Source: Cetorhinus maximus (lineage: Eukaryota). Taken from it: DNA of 64,000 nt. The position numbers and the translations under genes were made by a program. The notes beneath the pieces were generated by a model. The model saw only the letters and a program-made list of their open reading frames with translations, made no database searches and was not told the DNA's origin. Location: assembly GCF_964194155.1 (NCBI RefSeq), contig NC_135916.1, positions 1,426,001 through 1,490,000 on the forward strand, read 5' to 3'. This document shows, in pieces, positions 1 to 12,380 of the stretch. Each line of letters begins with the position of its first letter. Position 1 is the first letter of the stretch.

Positions 1-276
1 TTATAATTCAACTTGCTCATGATTCCCTCATCAGTCAACAATATCATTCCAGGAATCAACTCATTAACATTCACTGAACTATTTCAAGGGAAGTATATCG
101 CTCTATGGTTCCAGCCGTTATTTACAACACAATTATTAATTGTGATGTGCGCATATTCTATTGAAACTCTGATAATATGTCTGCCTCTATCCGATGATAG
201 ATATGAGGGCCAATCGATGTTATGTTGACACATGGTAGTTACAGAGAGACTGCTCTCTCTCTCTTTCTCTCTCTCT

Positions 277-3145
277 CACAGAAACACAGAATCAAAGTGC
301 AAAATAGGCCCTTCGTACCCTCGATTCTGCACAGACACGTGAGAAACACCTGACCAACCAACCCTATCCCATTTACCATAAATTAGCACCTTGAATGTTA
401 TGACGTGCCAACTTATGCCCCTTTGTGACTGACCCTTCAAGTAAGGGGAACAGCTGCTCCCTATCCACCCTGTCCATGACCCTCAAAATCTTGTACAACT
501 AGATCAGGTCGATCCTCTGGCTTCTCTGCTCCAACGGAAACAACACAAGTCTATCCAACCTCTCTTCATAACTTAAATGTTTCATCCCAGTCAACATCCT
601 GGTGAATCTCCTCTCCAACCCCTCCAGTGCAATCACATCCTTCCTATAATGTGGCGACCAGAACTGCACACAGTACTCCAGCTGTGGCCACACCAAGGTT
701 CCATACAACTCCAACATGACCTCCCTACTTTTGTAATCTCTGCCTCGATTGGTAAAGGCAAGTGTCCCATATGCCTTTCCCCCACCCCACTAACATGCCC
801 CTCCGCCTTCAGAGATCTATGGACACACACGCCAAGGTCCCTTTCTTCCTCAGAACTTCCTAGTGCCATGCTGTTCATTGAATACTTCATTGTCAAATTA
901 CTCCTTCCAAAGTGTATATCCTCACAATTTTCAGGGTTAAATTCCATCTGCCAATTATCTGCCCTTTTTACCATCCCATCTATATCTTCCTGTAGCCCAA
1001 GACACTCAACCCCACTGTTAACCACCCGGCCAATCGTTGTCTCATCTGCAAACTTACTAATCCTACCCCCCACATAGTCATCTATGTCGTTTATATAAAT
1101 GACAAATAATAGGGGACTGAGCATAGATCCCTGTGCTACGAAACTGGAAGCTGGTTTCCAGTCACTAAAGCATCCTTCTGTCATCATCCTCTGCCTCCCA
1201 CAACTAAGCCAATTTTGAATCCGTCTTATCAAATTATCTTTTATCCCATGTGCATTTGTCTTCTTTATTAGTCTCCCATGTGGGAATTTGTCAATGGCTT
1301 TGCTGAAATCCATGTAAAGTGCATCAACTGCACTACCCTCATCTACACACCTGGTCACCTCCTCAAAAAAGTCAAACAAATTTGTTAGGCATGACCTCCC
1401 TCTGACAAAGCCATGCTTACTATCCCTGATCAAACCTTGCCTCTCAAAGTGCAGATAGATATTCTCCTTCAGAAATTTCTCCAATAGTTTCCCTACCATT
1501 GACGTGAGTTTCACTGGCCTTTTGTTCACTAGCTTATCTCCACAACCCTTAAAAGCAGAACCACATTAGCTGTTCTCCAGTCCTCTGGCACCACCCCGTG
1601 GCCAGAGAGGAATTAAAAATTCGGGCCAGAGCCCCTCTCCTCCCTTGCCTCCCTCAGCAGTCTGGGACACAAATCAGCCGGACCTGGATATTTGTCCACT
1701 TTTAAGCCTGCCAACACCTCCAATGCCTTGTCACTCCCTATATCAATTTGCTCAAGAACCTCGCAGTCTCTCTCCCTGAGTTCGATACCTTCATCCTCAT
1801 TCTCTTGTTTGAAGATGAATGTGAAGTATTCATTCAACACTCTAGTGATGTCCTCTGGCTCCACCCATAGATTGCCCCCTTTGTCAGATATGGGCCCTAC
1901 TCATCCCCTGTTTATCCTCTTCCCATTGATATACTTATAGAATATCATGGGATTTTCCCTACTTTTGCCAGCCAGAGCTTTCTCATATCCCCTCTTTGTT
2001 CTCCTAATTGCTTTCATAATCTCCACCCTGCACTGTCTGTACTCCACTATTGCCTCTGTTGATTTGCTCCCCTTGTACCTGCTAAAAGCCTCTCTTTTCC
2101 TTCTCATCGTAACCTGAAGAACTCTGGTCACCCATAGTTCTCTGGGCTTGGTAATCCTTCCTATCACCATAGAGGGAACGTGTCGAGCCAGTACCCTCCC
2201 CATTTCATTTTTGAATACCCCCCTCCGTTCCTCTGTACATGTCCCCACAACTAACTCTTCCCAGTTTGCCTTGGCCAGATCATGCCTTATTTTACTAAAA
2301 TCCACTCTCCTCCAATTCAAAACATTTTTTTTTTGCAACTTGACGATTTCTATTTCCATAACAAACTTAATGTGTACCATGTTGTAGTCACAATCGCTAA
2401 AATGCTCGCCCACCACCACTTCAGCCTCCTGTCCGACTTCATTCCCCTGAATTAGCTCCAGCTATGCACCATCACTTGTTGGACCATCTTCATATTGACC
2501 TAAAAAGTTCTCCTGTACACATTTCAAGAAATCCACTCCGTCCAAGCCCTTAAGACTATGTCTATCCCAATTAATTTTGGGAATGTTGAAATCACCTAAT
2601 ATAATTACCCTATTGTTATTCTTTTTACACACCTTCCCAGATTGTGCACATAGTTGCTCCTCAATTTAACGCCAACTATCTGGGGGTCTATAATTAACAC
2701 TTAATAACGTGGTTGACCCTGTTTAATCCTAAACTCTACCAACAAAACCTCATTTGATGCATGCATTCTGCAGTAACTGACGCCTTATTTAATAATGCAA
2801 CACCTCCTCCTCATTGACCACCTCCCCTCTCTCGTCTGAAGATGCTATATCCCGGAATATTGAGCTGCCAATCCTGCCCTTCCCTCAACCACGTCTCAGT
2901 GATGGCTACTATATCACAATTCCACGTGTCAAACCTCACACTTAACTCATCCGTTTTACCTGCAATATTCCTGGCACTAAAGTAGAGGCCATCCAGCCTT
3001 GCCTTACTCCCTTGAAGCTTATTGCAGCTGTACTCCCTCTGACTTGATTGTTTTACTGGATTGTGCTGTGTTCTTATTCTGCTAAAATTCTGTGTTCCAT
3101 CCCCCTGCCGAATTAGTCTGAACTTCTCCCAGTAGCACTAGCCTA
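277..3145 (-). mobile_element. Degenerate CR1-clade LINE (endonuclease through RT to 3' end)
   Basis: Fragmented ORF2 (RPVKLTS, HGFVRGRSCLTNL, YMDFSKA, QGSMLSPLLF, FADET, LEYCVQFWSP); short-repeat tail near 277-295; inserted in a CT tract that is empty at about 13180 and 57030. Confidence 0.9.
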
Positions 3146-5818
3146 ACTGTGTGTGTGCCACTCTCACTCACTCTGCCTCTCTCTCTCCCACTCTCTATCT
3201 CTCTCTCACTCACTATTCCTCCTTCTCTTTCCTTTCACCCTTGCTCCCTTTCGCCCCCCCCCATCTCTCTACTTCTGGTGCTGCGAATGTTACTGATGCT
3301 GTCCTCCGTCCTACATTGATATGCGTGACAATGTCACTGTTCTCACCCCTCTCAGAAATTCAGGTCTGGCATTTCTTCTGATTATCTCTAATAAAAAAGC
3401 GAAGCGTGTTCACAACATCTCTGTTACTGACAGGAACGTGACTACACGCGAGTGCATGTTCACATATAACTGGCCCGCTCTGGTTGTTGAGATAGGGGTA
3501 CATTGCAAATTGTGAAATTGTGACCTGTCAGTTCAGGAGGAGCAACATAATCAGGGAGATCTGGAGGGACCGGGAACAGATAATTTATATTGTCACCTGG
3601 AATAAACATCTTGATGTGAGCGATTCAGATAATAGCCTGAAATCACATACGATGGGTTCCCCCACGGAATCTGTGAATCAGACACTCTGCGGCTCCCATG
3701 TCTCAGAGTGTTAGATGTTTTTTTTCTGAATATACAGTATGCAGCAAATTAATAGAAAGACGTGCAAATTTCGAAAAGAGGGGCAATTCTCTCCTGAGAC
3801 CCTTACATTTGATACTAGTTTCAACCTGTGAAGGTGCAGAAGTGAACATTGTGTAAGAGAGCGTTGGAAATGGGCGGGCGAGTCAGAGGAATGAAACTGT
3901 GTTTCATTCTAATCCTAACATAAAGCACAGTCAATTCCATAGTTTAAAAGATTGGTCTCCCTTATTGCACTATATCATATTTGGTCACAAGCCCCAAATT
4001 CGCTTTTAAAATCCGGAATCCATTCGGGTTTAATCTCGGACCTTTTTTCCACTCCTCTTACTCTATGTTCAACATATTCTGGCATGTGAACATGGGCTTT
4101 TGTTAGGACTCTCTGCACCTTGTATATCATTGTCCGTTCTTTGAATACGATGCTCCCTTTTCACTTTTTTAATTTAGCATGTGAACATGGATTTTAATCA
4201 GCACTTATCAGTTGTTGACGGTGTATAAGTTTCATAATCATTCTGTATGTATCAGCCTCTGGTGCTGTGTATGAATCTTGCTAACCTTTGGTATGTGCCT
4301 GTTGTGGGACTGTATATGGCTGCAGAATTAATACTCTAAATGTCATTTTTGGACACTGTGGGCATTGAATTCGTTTTTTTTCTTTCACCATATCTGTTAA
4401 GAATTGATGAATTATGTGTTTTATTATGTGTTTTGACTTACTTGCACACTGTGATAGAGTTGCATTCATTCTGTACCCACCAGTGTCTTGTATTGTATGT
4501 GGATGTGTATATTTTGCCCTCTGTACAGGACTCTGTATCTGCTATGTATGGAAGAGTGCATTCATTCTATCTGCAATATTTTCTGGTACTATCTGTGAGA
4601 GCGGGATTCCATCTGAATCTGTCAACATCTGGAACTACATGTGAGAATGAAGTTGATACGGATCCAGCCAACCTCTTTGAGAGCAATATCTTTTTGTGTG
4701 TCAGTCAGTCTGTGGAATGTTATGTCATTGTGGGTTTTTTGGCTCTGCGTCCTTTAGACTTTTCTAAAAAGGTTTGTGTATGTCTGTGGCTCTTGCTCTT
4801 CATTTAATTCCCTGCTACTCTGTATGTGGTAGGATTAATGCATTGCTTCCCAATTTATTGTTAGTTTCTGGCTCCATATTTATTAGTCCCTTAAATTGAT
4901 GGAGTGTGTATTCACTCATTTACCTGACAGTGAGTGTGCGATTCATTCAAATTATCGCTGCATCTGCTATTGCATGGGGATGTGCCACTCTCTGCATGCC
5001 TTTCAGTGCCTGGTACAATGCATGATTTGGGGATTAAATTGTACATGACAGTGTCTGGTAAGCTATATGTTTGTGGGGTTATTTCTATACTGTTATGGCC
5101 TCTATAATTCTATATGAATGAGATTATTTTGGTATCCTTCAGTTTCAGGTAGGCTAAGTGAATGTGGGGTTAATTATATAGCTTTCAGCCTTGGTGCTTT
5201 CCATGACTAAGTGCTAAGGTTAAACAAGAAGTGTTCAGAGACCTTACATTATGTTTCTTAGTGAGAGAATTGATATGGCACGTGTTGTGTATTAAGGTCT
5301 ATATTCATTAAAATTATATTTTACCTTTATTTCAGATATTTTTTGGAGTGGGATTTAATGTGTTGCTCTGTGGGGCGTCTGGGTACATTCTTAGCTTCAG
5401 ATATACAGCTGATTGAAATGTACAGATTTAATGCTAACACTCCACTCTTGTGAAAGGAATGGATTGTCTTTAAATCTGAAAAAGTTTTGGGCTAGGTTTG
5501 ATGGGCCTACCATTCTGTGACACTCAATGAGTGTGAGTTGGGGATCATATTCAGTCTCCCCTGTCGTGTTTGAATGTTGTATTGAACATATCTGCCCACT
5601 TTTGGGTTAACCTATAACATGGTTTCTACCAATGTTGTAGCCATAAGTTATATTATGTAGTTGCATAGGAGTTCAAGAATGGTACTCAATTTGCAACTAT
5701 GTGAAAACAATTGTGAAGAGCTTCATCCCCTTCAATCAACTATATAGCCACACATGTAATTGATGCAGTTTGTAGTCGAGGAATTATCATTGTACCTTTA
5801 TTCATGCAGAGCTTTTCA

Positions 5819-6297
5819 TAGAATCACAGAATCACACAGTGCAGAAGAGGTCCTTCAGCCCATCGAGTCTGCACCAACACGTGAGAAACATCTGAGCCAC
5901 CTACCTAATCCCTTTTACCAGCACTTGGTCCATAGCCTTGAATGTTATGATGTGCCAAGTGCTCATCCGAGTACTTTTTAAAGGATGAGAGGCAACCCGC
6001 CTCGACCACCCTCCCAGGCAGTGCATTCCAAACCGTCACCACCCTCTGCATAATATTTTTTTCTTCACAACTCTCATAAACCTTTTGCCCCCCACCTTGT
6101 ACTTATGCCCCCTCTTGACTGCCGCTTCAACCAAGGGGAACAGCTGCTCCCTATCCACCCTGCTCATGCCCCTCATAATCTTGCACACCTCGCTCAGGTC
6201 GCTCCTCAGTCTTCTCTGCTCCAACGAAAACAACCCAAGTCTATCCAACCTCTCTTCATAACTTCAATGTTTCATCCCAGGCAACATCCTGGTGAAT
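5819..6297 (-). mobile_element. CR1 LINE 3' fragment
   Basis: RLGLFSLEQRRLRSDL motif; TAGAATCACAGAATCA tail. Confidence 0.88.
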
Positions 6298-7437
6298 ATT
6301 TTGTTAGACTGGTATGACATATATAGCCCTGTCTAAATTCTGAGGCACTGCTTTGCAATTTATTAAGTATCTTACAGTGAGCTATCTTGTTTTCTGTTCT
6401 GGCTAAGACCAGTTAAATAATATCTGATTAGAATGAAAGAGAGAGTATGATATTTGTTGTGTATTCTGTTAATCCTTTGATTACTCTGCTGGATTAGATG
6501 GTAGATGGAAATATAAAGCAAGTTAATTAAGACTCTCCGGAGCAGTTTGTCTCTTGGATTGAAAAGTAGTCTCTTCCCTTTTAAACAGTGTGGGAATGAA
6601 TATTTGTGACAGTGGACATATTGACCTGGCAGCATCTCTGTTCTCTGTGAACGTTGCTGCACCTACCTTGTGTTGGAACAAGCTCATTTTCGTCTTGCTT
6701 ATGTTATAACTTTTATAGTTGTCACTATTATGTATCCACCTTAGTTACTAGCCTCATCTGTCAATGCATAGCATTGTTTGTGAGCTGAGATTTTTTCACT
6801 TCTTTTTAAATTGATGCTTTCAACCATTTTATGTTACTAGTGTTTCCACTGCATATTAATTTATTAATTTGCAGGCCTGTACTATTATTTGAGTAATGTT
6901 TCAATTTTAAAAAATGATGCTGAATTTCACTTTCATAACACATGGGTGAAAAGATTATTTTGTCATCTTATTTGAATTGGGATCCCCTTCTTTGCTGCAA
7001 TTAATTCTATGAGTTGCATGTAAAGTCACTGGGATCCATTTAGGTATTTTAACCTGTATCAATTATTTTTTTTCTGGAATGGAAGTGTGATGTTGGTCTG
7101 TAACTCTCAGGCTGTGTGTATAATTACAATACACATTAATTTTTGCTGTGAGTGACTGATTTTTTAAAAAATCCATCCATGCCATTTTTTTTTCAGCATA
7201 AGATGTGTTTCATTCTCTAATTTCCAGTTTTGTTTTATAAATGAGTGTAAGTTCTGTATAATTGTGTGCATTTTCAGGTATGTGAGTATGATTAGTTTTT
7301 CTTCTCCTGTAGTATTTATTAGTTTCTCAGATGCTAAAATGTGACTTTGACATGGTACCTGTCAGTTACTGGTAAGTGAGTGCTGGTGTTACACTGCCCC
7401 TGTGAATATCTGGTGTATGAGCATTACTTTGTAGCAC

Positions 7438-7695
7438 AGAGATAAAAACAAAAAGCTAAAAGCTACTGCGGATGCTGGAAATCCAAAACAAAACAAAAAC
7501 AGAATTACCTGGAAAAACTCAGCAAGTCTGGCAGCATCGGCGGAGAAGAAATCAGTCAACGTTTACTTTTCGAGCCTCCATGGCCCTTCGGCAGTTCTGC
7601 CGAAGGGCCATGGAGGCTCGAAACGTTGACTGATTTCTTCTCCGCCGATGCTGCCAGACTTGCTGAGTTTTTCCAGGTAATTCTGTTTTTGTTTT
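7438..7695. mobile_element. Non-coding inverted-pLTR (hairpin) insertion of the same Penelope-like family
   Basis: Inverted arms 7490-7594 and 7597-7695; right arm matches 63125-63221; 15-bp TSD ATTACTTTGTAGCAC at 7423-7437 and 7696-7710. Confidence 0.88.
7592..7632 (+). ncRNA. Minimal type I hammerhead ribozyme motif (A6C core variant)
   Basis: CAGTT-CTGCCGA-A-GGGCC-ATGGA-GGCTC-GAAA-CG-TT-GACTG. Confidence 0.72.
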
Positions 7696-8682
7696 ATTAC
7701 TTTGTAGCACTTCATTACTTGCAAGTGACTTTTTTTCTCCCTATTTGTGGCATTTGAATGTGAATATGTGTGTTGCTCTTACTTGGCATTTGACAGTTTT
7801 GTTACGTGTCTGGTAAGTTAATGTGAATTTACACTCTTTCTTTTTCAGTTTTTAACATGTAAACATGTATTTGAGGCTTATTCCCAGTCTCTGGCATGAA
7901 AATGAGGAAATACCATAAATGTTTCAGTTTTTTATTCTGGATGTGTCACAAATATTCTTTAATCATTCTTCTCTTGTAAAGAAATTCTAAGATTTACTCA
8001 GATTCTCTTAGTAATGTTATGTCATTGTGTGATTATTGAACTGTGTGTGAGCCTGTCTATGTGTGTGCACCTGTCTATGTGTGTGTGCGCCCCTGTCTGT
8101 GTGTGGGTGTGTGTGCCTGTTTATGCTCCTTTTGTCTATCTTATGTGTGAATGGACGTTTCTCTCTGTCCGTCATTTTTTAATATGTACATGTGCACATT
8201 GACTGGCACGCACAAGTATCTGGCATGCTGGTAAAGGTACATTTTGAACATATCTAGTTTTAGCTTTTCCCTTAAGATAGCCTTGGCTTTAAGTTGTAAT
8301 GTTCAGCTTCTGGTATGGAAGTGTGCATTTTACCTTTACCTGACCCTTTCAGATATGAGAGTGTGGTATTCAAATTGTCTGCTCGTTTCTAGCCTCTGAT
8401 GTGAGCATTTTTACTTTGTTAAAGTTAGCATTTTTAATGAGACTCTGCATTTACTGTGAATTTCAGTATCTGATCATCGATTGTAGATTTTAATCAGTAC
8501 TGTTTTGTTTCTGTTTGGGATTGATATCTCTTATAGGAGTGATATATTCCATTCTGTTATTGTCTCTTCCTAATGAGCTGAATGATCCTTTTTGAACAGA
8601 ATCTGTTTAATTTTGGTGCCTGAATATGGGATTTCCTTTGCAATTGTCAGTTTTGACATGAAGAAATGTTTATAAACTGTAG

Positions 8683-8916
8683 CAAAAGCAAAAACACAAT
8701 ATCTACAGGTGGATGCTTGAAATCTCAAGAAAAAGGAAACACAATTGCTGGGAATACTGAGCAGGCCAGACAACATCTGTGGAGACAGGAGCTGAATTAC
8801 CCTCCACCTGAAAATTCTGATATCAGAAAAGGTCATTGAACTGTGATGTTCACTCTCCGCCTTTCTCCACAGGTGCTGGCTTCCTTGCTGAGTATTTCCT
8901 GCATTGTTGGTGTTTC
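8683..8916. mobile_element. Old decayed inverted-pLTR Penelope-derived element
   Basis: Degenerate inverted arms (GCTGGGAATACTGAGCAGG...TGTGGAGA / TCTCCACA...CCTTGCTGAGTATTTCCTGC); same position in paralogous spacers. Confidence 0.6.
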
Positions 8917-9261
8917 TTCCTCACCCTGTACGTGTTATTTTCCAGCAAGTGAATATGGCATCACTGTGCACCTGCCAATGTCTGACACTTTTGTTTCACT
9001 TCTATTCTGACAGGGTTTCAACGTACAATTTGGTGTGCGTGTGTGCACGTGTGCATATTTCTAGAATGGAAGAAATTTATTTTTTCTGCACTTTTCATAG
9101 AATGCTATGCGAATGTCAGTTCACCCTGGATCTGTCACTTTTTAACATGTTACTATGAGTCTTATTCTTTACCTGTCTGTGAATGGGGATTTTAGAGTGC
9201 ACCTAGTTATTTGCTGCTGTGTGACTGTTTTCTTTTATACATGTTTGGAAATAATCATGGG

Positions 9262-9527
9262 TTTTTAAAAAAAATATATGCTTTATTCATAAAATATCTG
9301 AAAGAACATTTCTAAATCGCCATCACCAAAAGTGCAATCAACTTTTACACATGGATCACAAGATGCTTCAATACAATCAATGAATATTACAATCATTTCA
9401 ATATGGTCATTACAGACAGTCGGACAGTGCAATGATATTGGAGTTATCAACATACATCATGTTGCACTCTTGAGGTGTTTCAATACTATTACTATTCAGT
9501 GCAGATATTTTTTGTGAGCAGTACAGC
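9262..9527 (-). mobile_element. Short 3'-UTR fragment of a Tx1-related element
   Basis: AAAATATATGCTTTATTCATAAAATATCT and ACTTTTACA...ATATTACAATCATTT align to the Tx1 3' UTR at 46304-46445; empty site near 35990. Confidence 0.65.
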
Positions 9528-10436
9528 TTTACTCTGGGTATTTAACTCTCTGTAATGCACTTGTGGCTATTACTCTGCACCTGCCAGTGACTGGCATGTG
9601 AGGATGCATTTTGCATTCACTGTTGCTGACATGTAATGCATATTTTACTACTTAACTCTCAGTTACTGGTATATAGATGTGCTGATTTTATTCTGTATCA
9701 GTAATACTGTGATATGTCAGTGTGCTTCATTTTCCTGTTGCTTGGCTCAGGGTCAGAAATATGAGCATGGAAAAAAAAAATGTTGCAACTCTTAGGCTAT
9801 TTTAAATGAATGAGAATTTAATTATTTGCTTTCAATCCCCGGCATGAGAATGTGCCCTATGCTTATCATATTCTTGTGTGTGAGTATTGTCTTTCCTTCA
9901 GGTATCTATGCAGCTTGTAGGTCATTTTCGGTTTTGCCGTGAACATGTCAGCCTGTATTACTTGAGTGTGATGTTCACATTGCAGCTTTCAATTTAGTGT
10001 GTGAGCATGGACCATTCGCTCCCTCCCCCCAACCCCTCAACCCAAACCTACAGATTTTGATGCATGTTCATGTGTGATTTTACCATAGCTATCAACGTCT
10101 GCTTTCTGGGTGCCCATTTTCTTCTTATTTTGACAATTCTGTTATGGAAAAAATGATTTTATTCTGCACCTCTCTATCACTGGTATGTGTCTGTGGTTTT
10201 ACAATGTAAGGATCTGCCCCTGTCATGGGAATTCTGGCTTCTTCTGTGTCTGTCAGTCTCTCCTATGAGAGTGGTGTAATATTCTTTGCTGTACTTGTCA
10301 ATATCTGCTCTGTCAGTTAAAGTTTAACCTTTCTTGTTTGTAGAGATCTGTTGATATAACTATTAGTGAGAATATTGCTCTGGCACGTGATGTGTATGTG
10401 TGTCTGTCTTAATGAATATGTACTTTATCATTATCA

Positions 10437-11065
10437 GGGGGAGGCAATGGTGTTGTGATGTTGTCATTGGGCTATTAATCCAAAGACCTAGGGTAAAACT
10501 CTGTGGACCCAGGTTCGAATCCTGCCGAGGTTTGGCGGATTGTGAATTCAATAAAAATCTGGAATTAAAAGAATAATGGTGACCATTGTCGATTTTTGTA
10601 AGAACCCATCTGGTTCACTAATGCAGGAAACCTGTTGTCCTTACCTGGTCTGGCCTACATGTGGTGTTGTGTTAGACCCACTTGGCCACTCAGTTGTAAT
10701 TATCTGCTAAAAAGTCACAAAAATGCAATGGAACCAGATGGACCACCCAACACTGACTGAGGAACCGCAAACAAAAACACAAAAACGACTAAACTCAGCC
10801 CTGTCGACCCTGAAGGTAGATGGGAACACCTCCAGTTAGAATTTCCCCTCCAAGTCACTGCACCATCCTGACTTGGAAATATATCCTGTTCCTTCACTGT
10901 CGCTGGGGAAAAATTTAGGAATTGACTCCCTAACAGCACTGTGGGTGTACCTACACCACGTGGACAGCAGGGGTTCAAGAAAGCAGCTCACCACCACCTT
11001 CTCAAGGGCAACTAAATGGTGGCACAGCCAGCAAAGCCACATCCCATGAATGAATTTAAAAAAAA
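10437..11065 (+). mobile_element. tRNA-derived SINE with LINE-like tail
   Basis: A-box-like TGGTGTTGTG, B box GGTTCGAATCC (10512-10522), A-rich tail; absent at the paralogous site near 54365. Confidence 0.7.
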
Positions 11066-12149
11066 GATATTATATGGGATCTTTGGTGTTGAATTTATGG
11101 TGTTGCTTTATGAATGCTGGGTGCACTCAAGGATTAATTCTGTAAATTTCAATCAGTTTTATTACCTGGTATTTAAATTGAAGGCGATGTTCACTCTTGT
11201 GACATGAAAGGGATGCCCTTCAATCTGATAATGGCTATGATTGTTGACTGCAATTGGTGGACCTGCAATTCAGCAGTACTGAGTAGGAGTGTACTGTGGT
11301 AAAATTATTTCACCTCCCCTGAGTGTCTGACCATTGGATGGAGCATTAGTACCTGGGTTTGAGATCAATTTGAGTCTGACTATTTCTGTTCTCGGTGATG
11401 GTGGAGCTGATGATCTGTCTGTATCTCTGCACTCTCGGAGTAACATCGTACCTGCTGTCAGTTAGAAAGAGGTGGCTACATTTTTATTTTTTCCTGGGGG
11501 AACATCAGCTTGAAACTGATCCCTTCATTGATATGCCTGGGGGAAGAAACATAAGTCTTGTAACTCAAAATCAGCAGATGACATTGAAAGACAATAGGTC
11601 AACGTAATCTTTCAACTGACAATAACTTTTAAAAAATATATATCCAGATGCAAAATATGAAGAAAAATAAAAACTACAGTGTCTGATTCCACGTCAGCAA
11701 CCTGCTTTGGTAGCTTTCAAGCAATTGATTGACACTCAGAAACAATCCACATCTGTATGGCTCCAAGGGTCACACTCCCCGAGGATACAAAGACAGTTCA
11801 GATTTCAATATCCAGCTACAATCCGGTGCTAAAATGTTTATATCTTAATAGCTGGTGCCTCCAATACGTGACCCCTACATGGTTTCTCTCCTCCTTACTC
11901 TCTGCCTGTTTCGACCGTTCCCTGTCCAAATGCCGACAAGTTGCATGAATCAGCAGCTATACTTGGAATATGCATTACAGGTTTGAGGGGAGAAAATCCC
12001 AATAGTTTTCAACTGCAGCTTGCTCAGGTTCGGTCTCCCTCAGCAGCGCCACAGACAGCCCCAGAAAGGCCTCTCCCCGTCCACCCGCTCACTCCAAGTT
12101 CCGGAACACGTTCCCGCTCCGCTCCGCCTCTTACAAACAGTCCCCGGTT

Positions 12150-12380
12150 CTCCCTGAACTTACCCCGAGTCAATGATGATTTCTGTGTCCACACTGACAA
12201 ACCGGCGCCCTGCTGGAATCAGAACGCTGTTTACTCGCTTACCCGGGCCCTAAGATTTCCATTTCTATCTGTTTGAAACAAAGGTCTCCCGCTCACTGGG
12301 CGCATGCGCTCTTCTAGTCATGTCTGGGGAAACTGGAGGAGGGAAGCAATGCGCACGCGCTTCCGTGAAACTGACGTCAC
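12150..12380 (-). promoter_or_regulatory. Putative CpG promoter and non-coding first exon divergent from H1 (copy 1)
   Basis: NRF1 palindrome GCGCATGCGC 12300-12309, second NRF1-like site, CRE TGACGTCA 12372-12379; minus-strand donors GG|GTAAGT (12163) and GG|GTAAGC (12242). Confidence 0.55.

Larger units (their letters stand above)
7100..10430. repeat. Highly degenerate ~40-41-bp tandem repeat (spacer 1)
   Basis: Recurrent unit like TACTCTGTACCTGTCAGTTTCTGGTATGTGAGTGTGGATTT; unit starts at 9530 and 9571, and at 10160 and 10200. Confidence 0.6.

Noticed and set aside
9530-9780. ~41-bp repeat as a CRISPR array or decayed C2H2 zinc-finger array
   Set aside because: No constant repeat with unique spacers, vertebrate context; period is not 84 bp and no TGEKP or CxxC pattern was seen
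12170-12210. ATGATGA...CTGA resembling a box C/D snoRNA, in three copies
   Set aside because: Boxes only ~15 nt apart, no terminal stem or second box pair; better explained as the antisense of a first exon
11941-12276. Recurrent spacer ORFs (HESAAILG..., TCQFRRSN...)
   Set aside because: Mostly non-ATG starts, variable lengths, no domain; recurrence is due to segmental duplication
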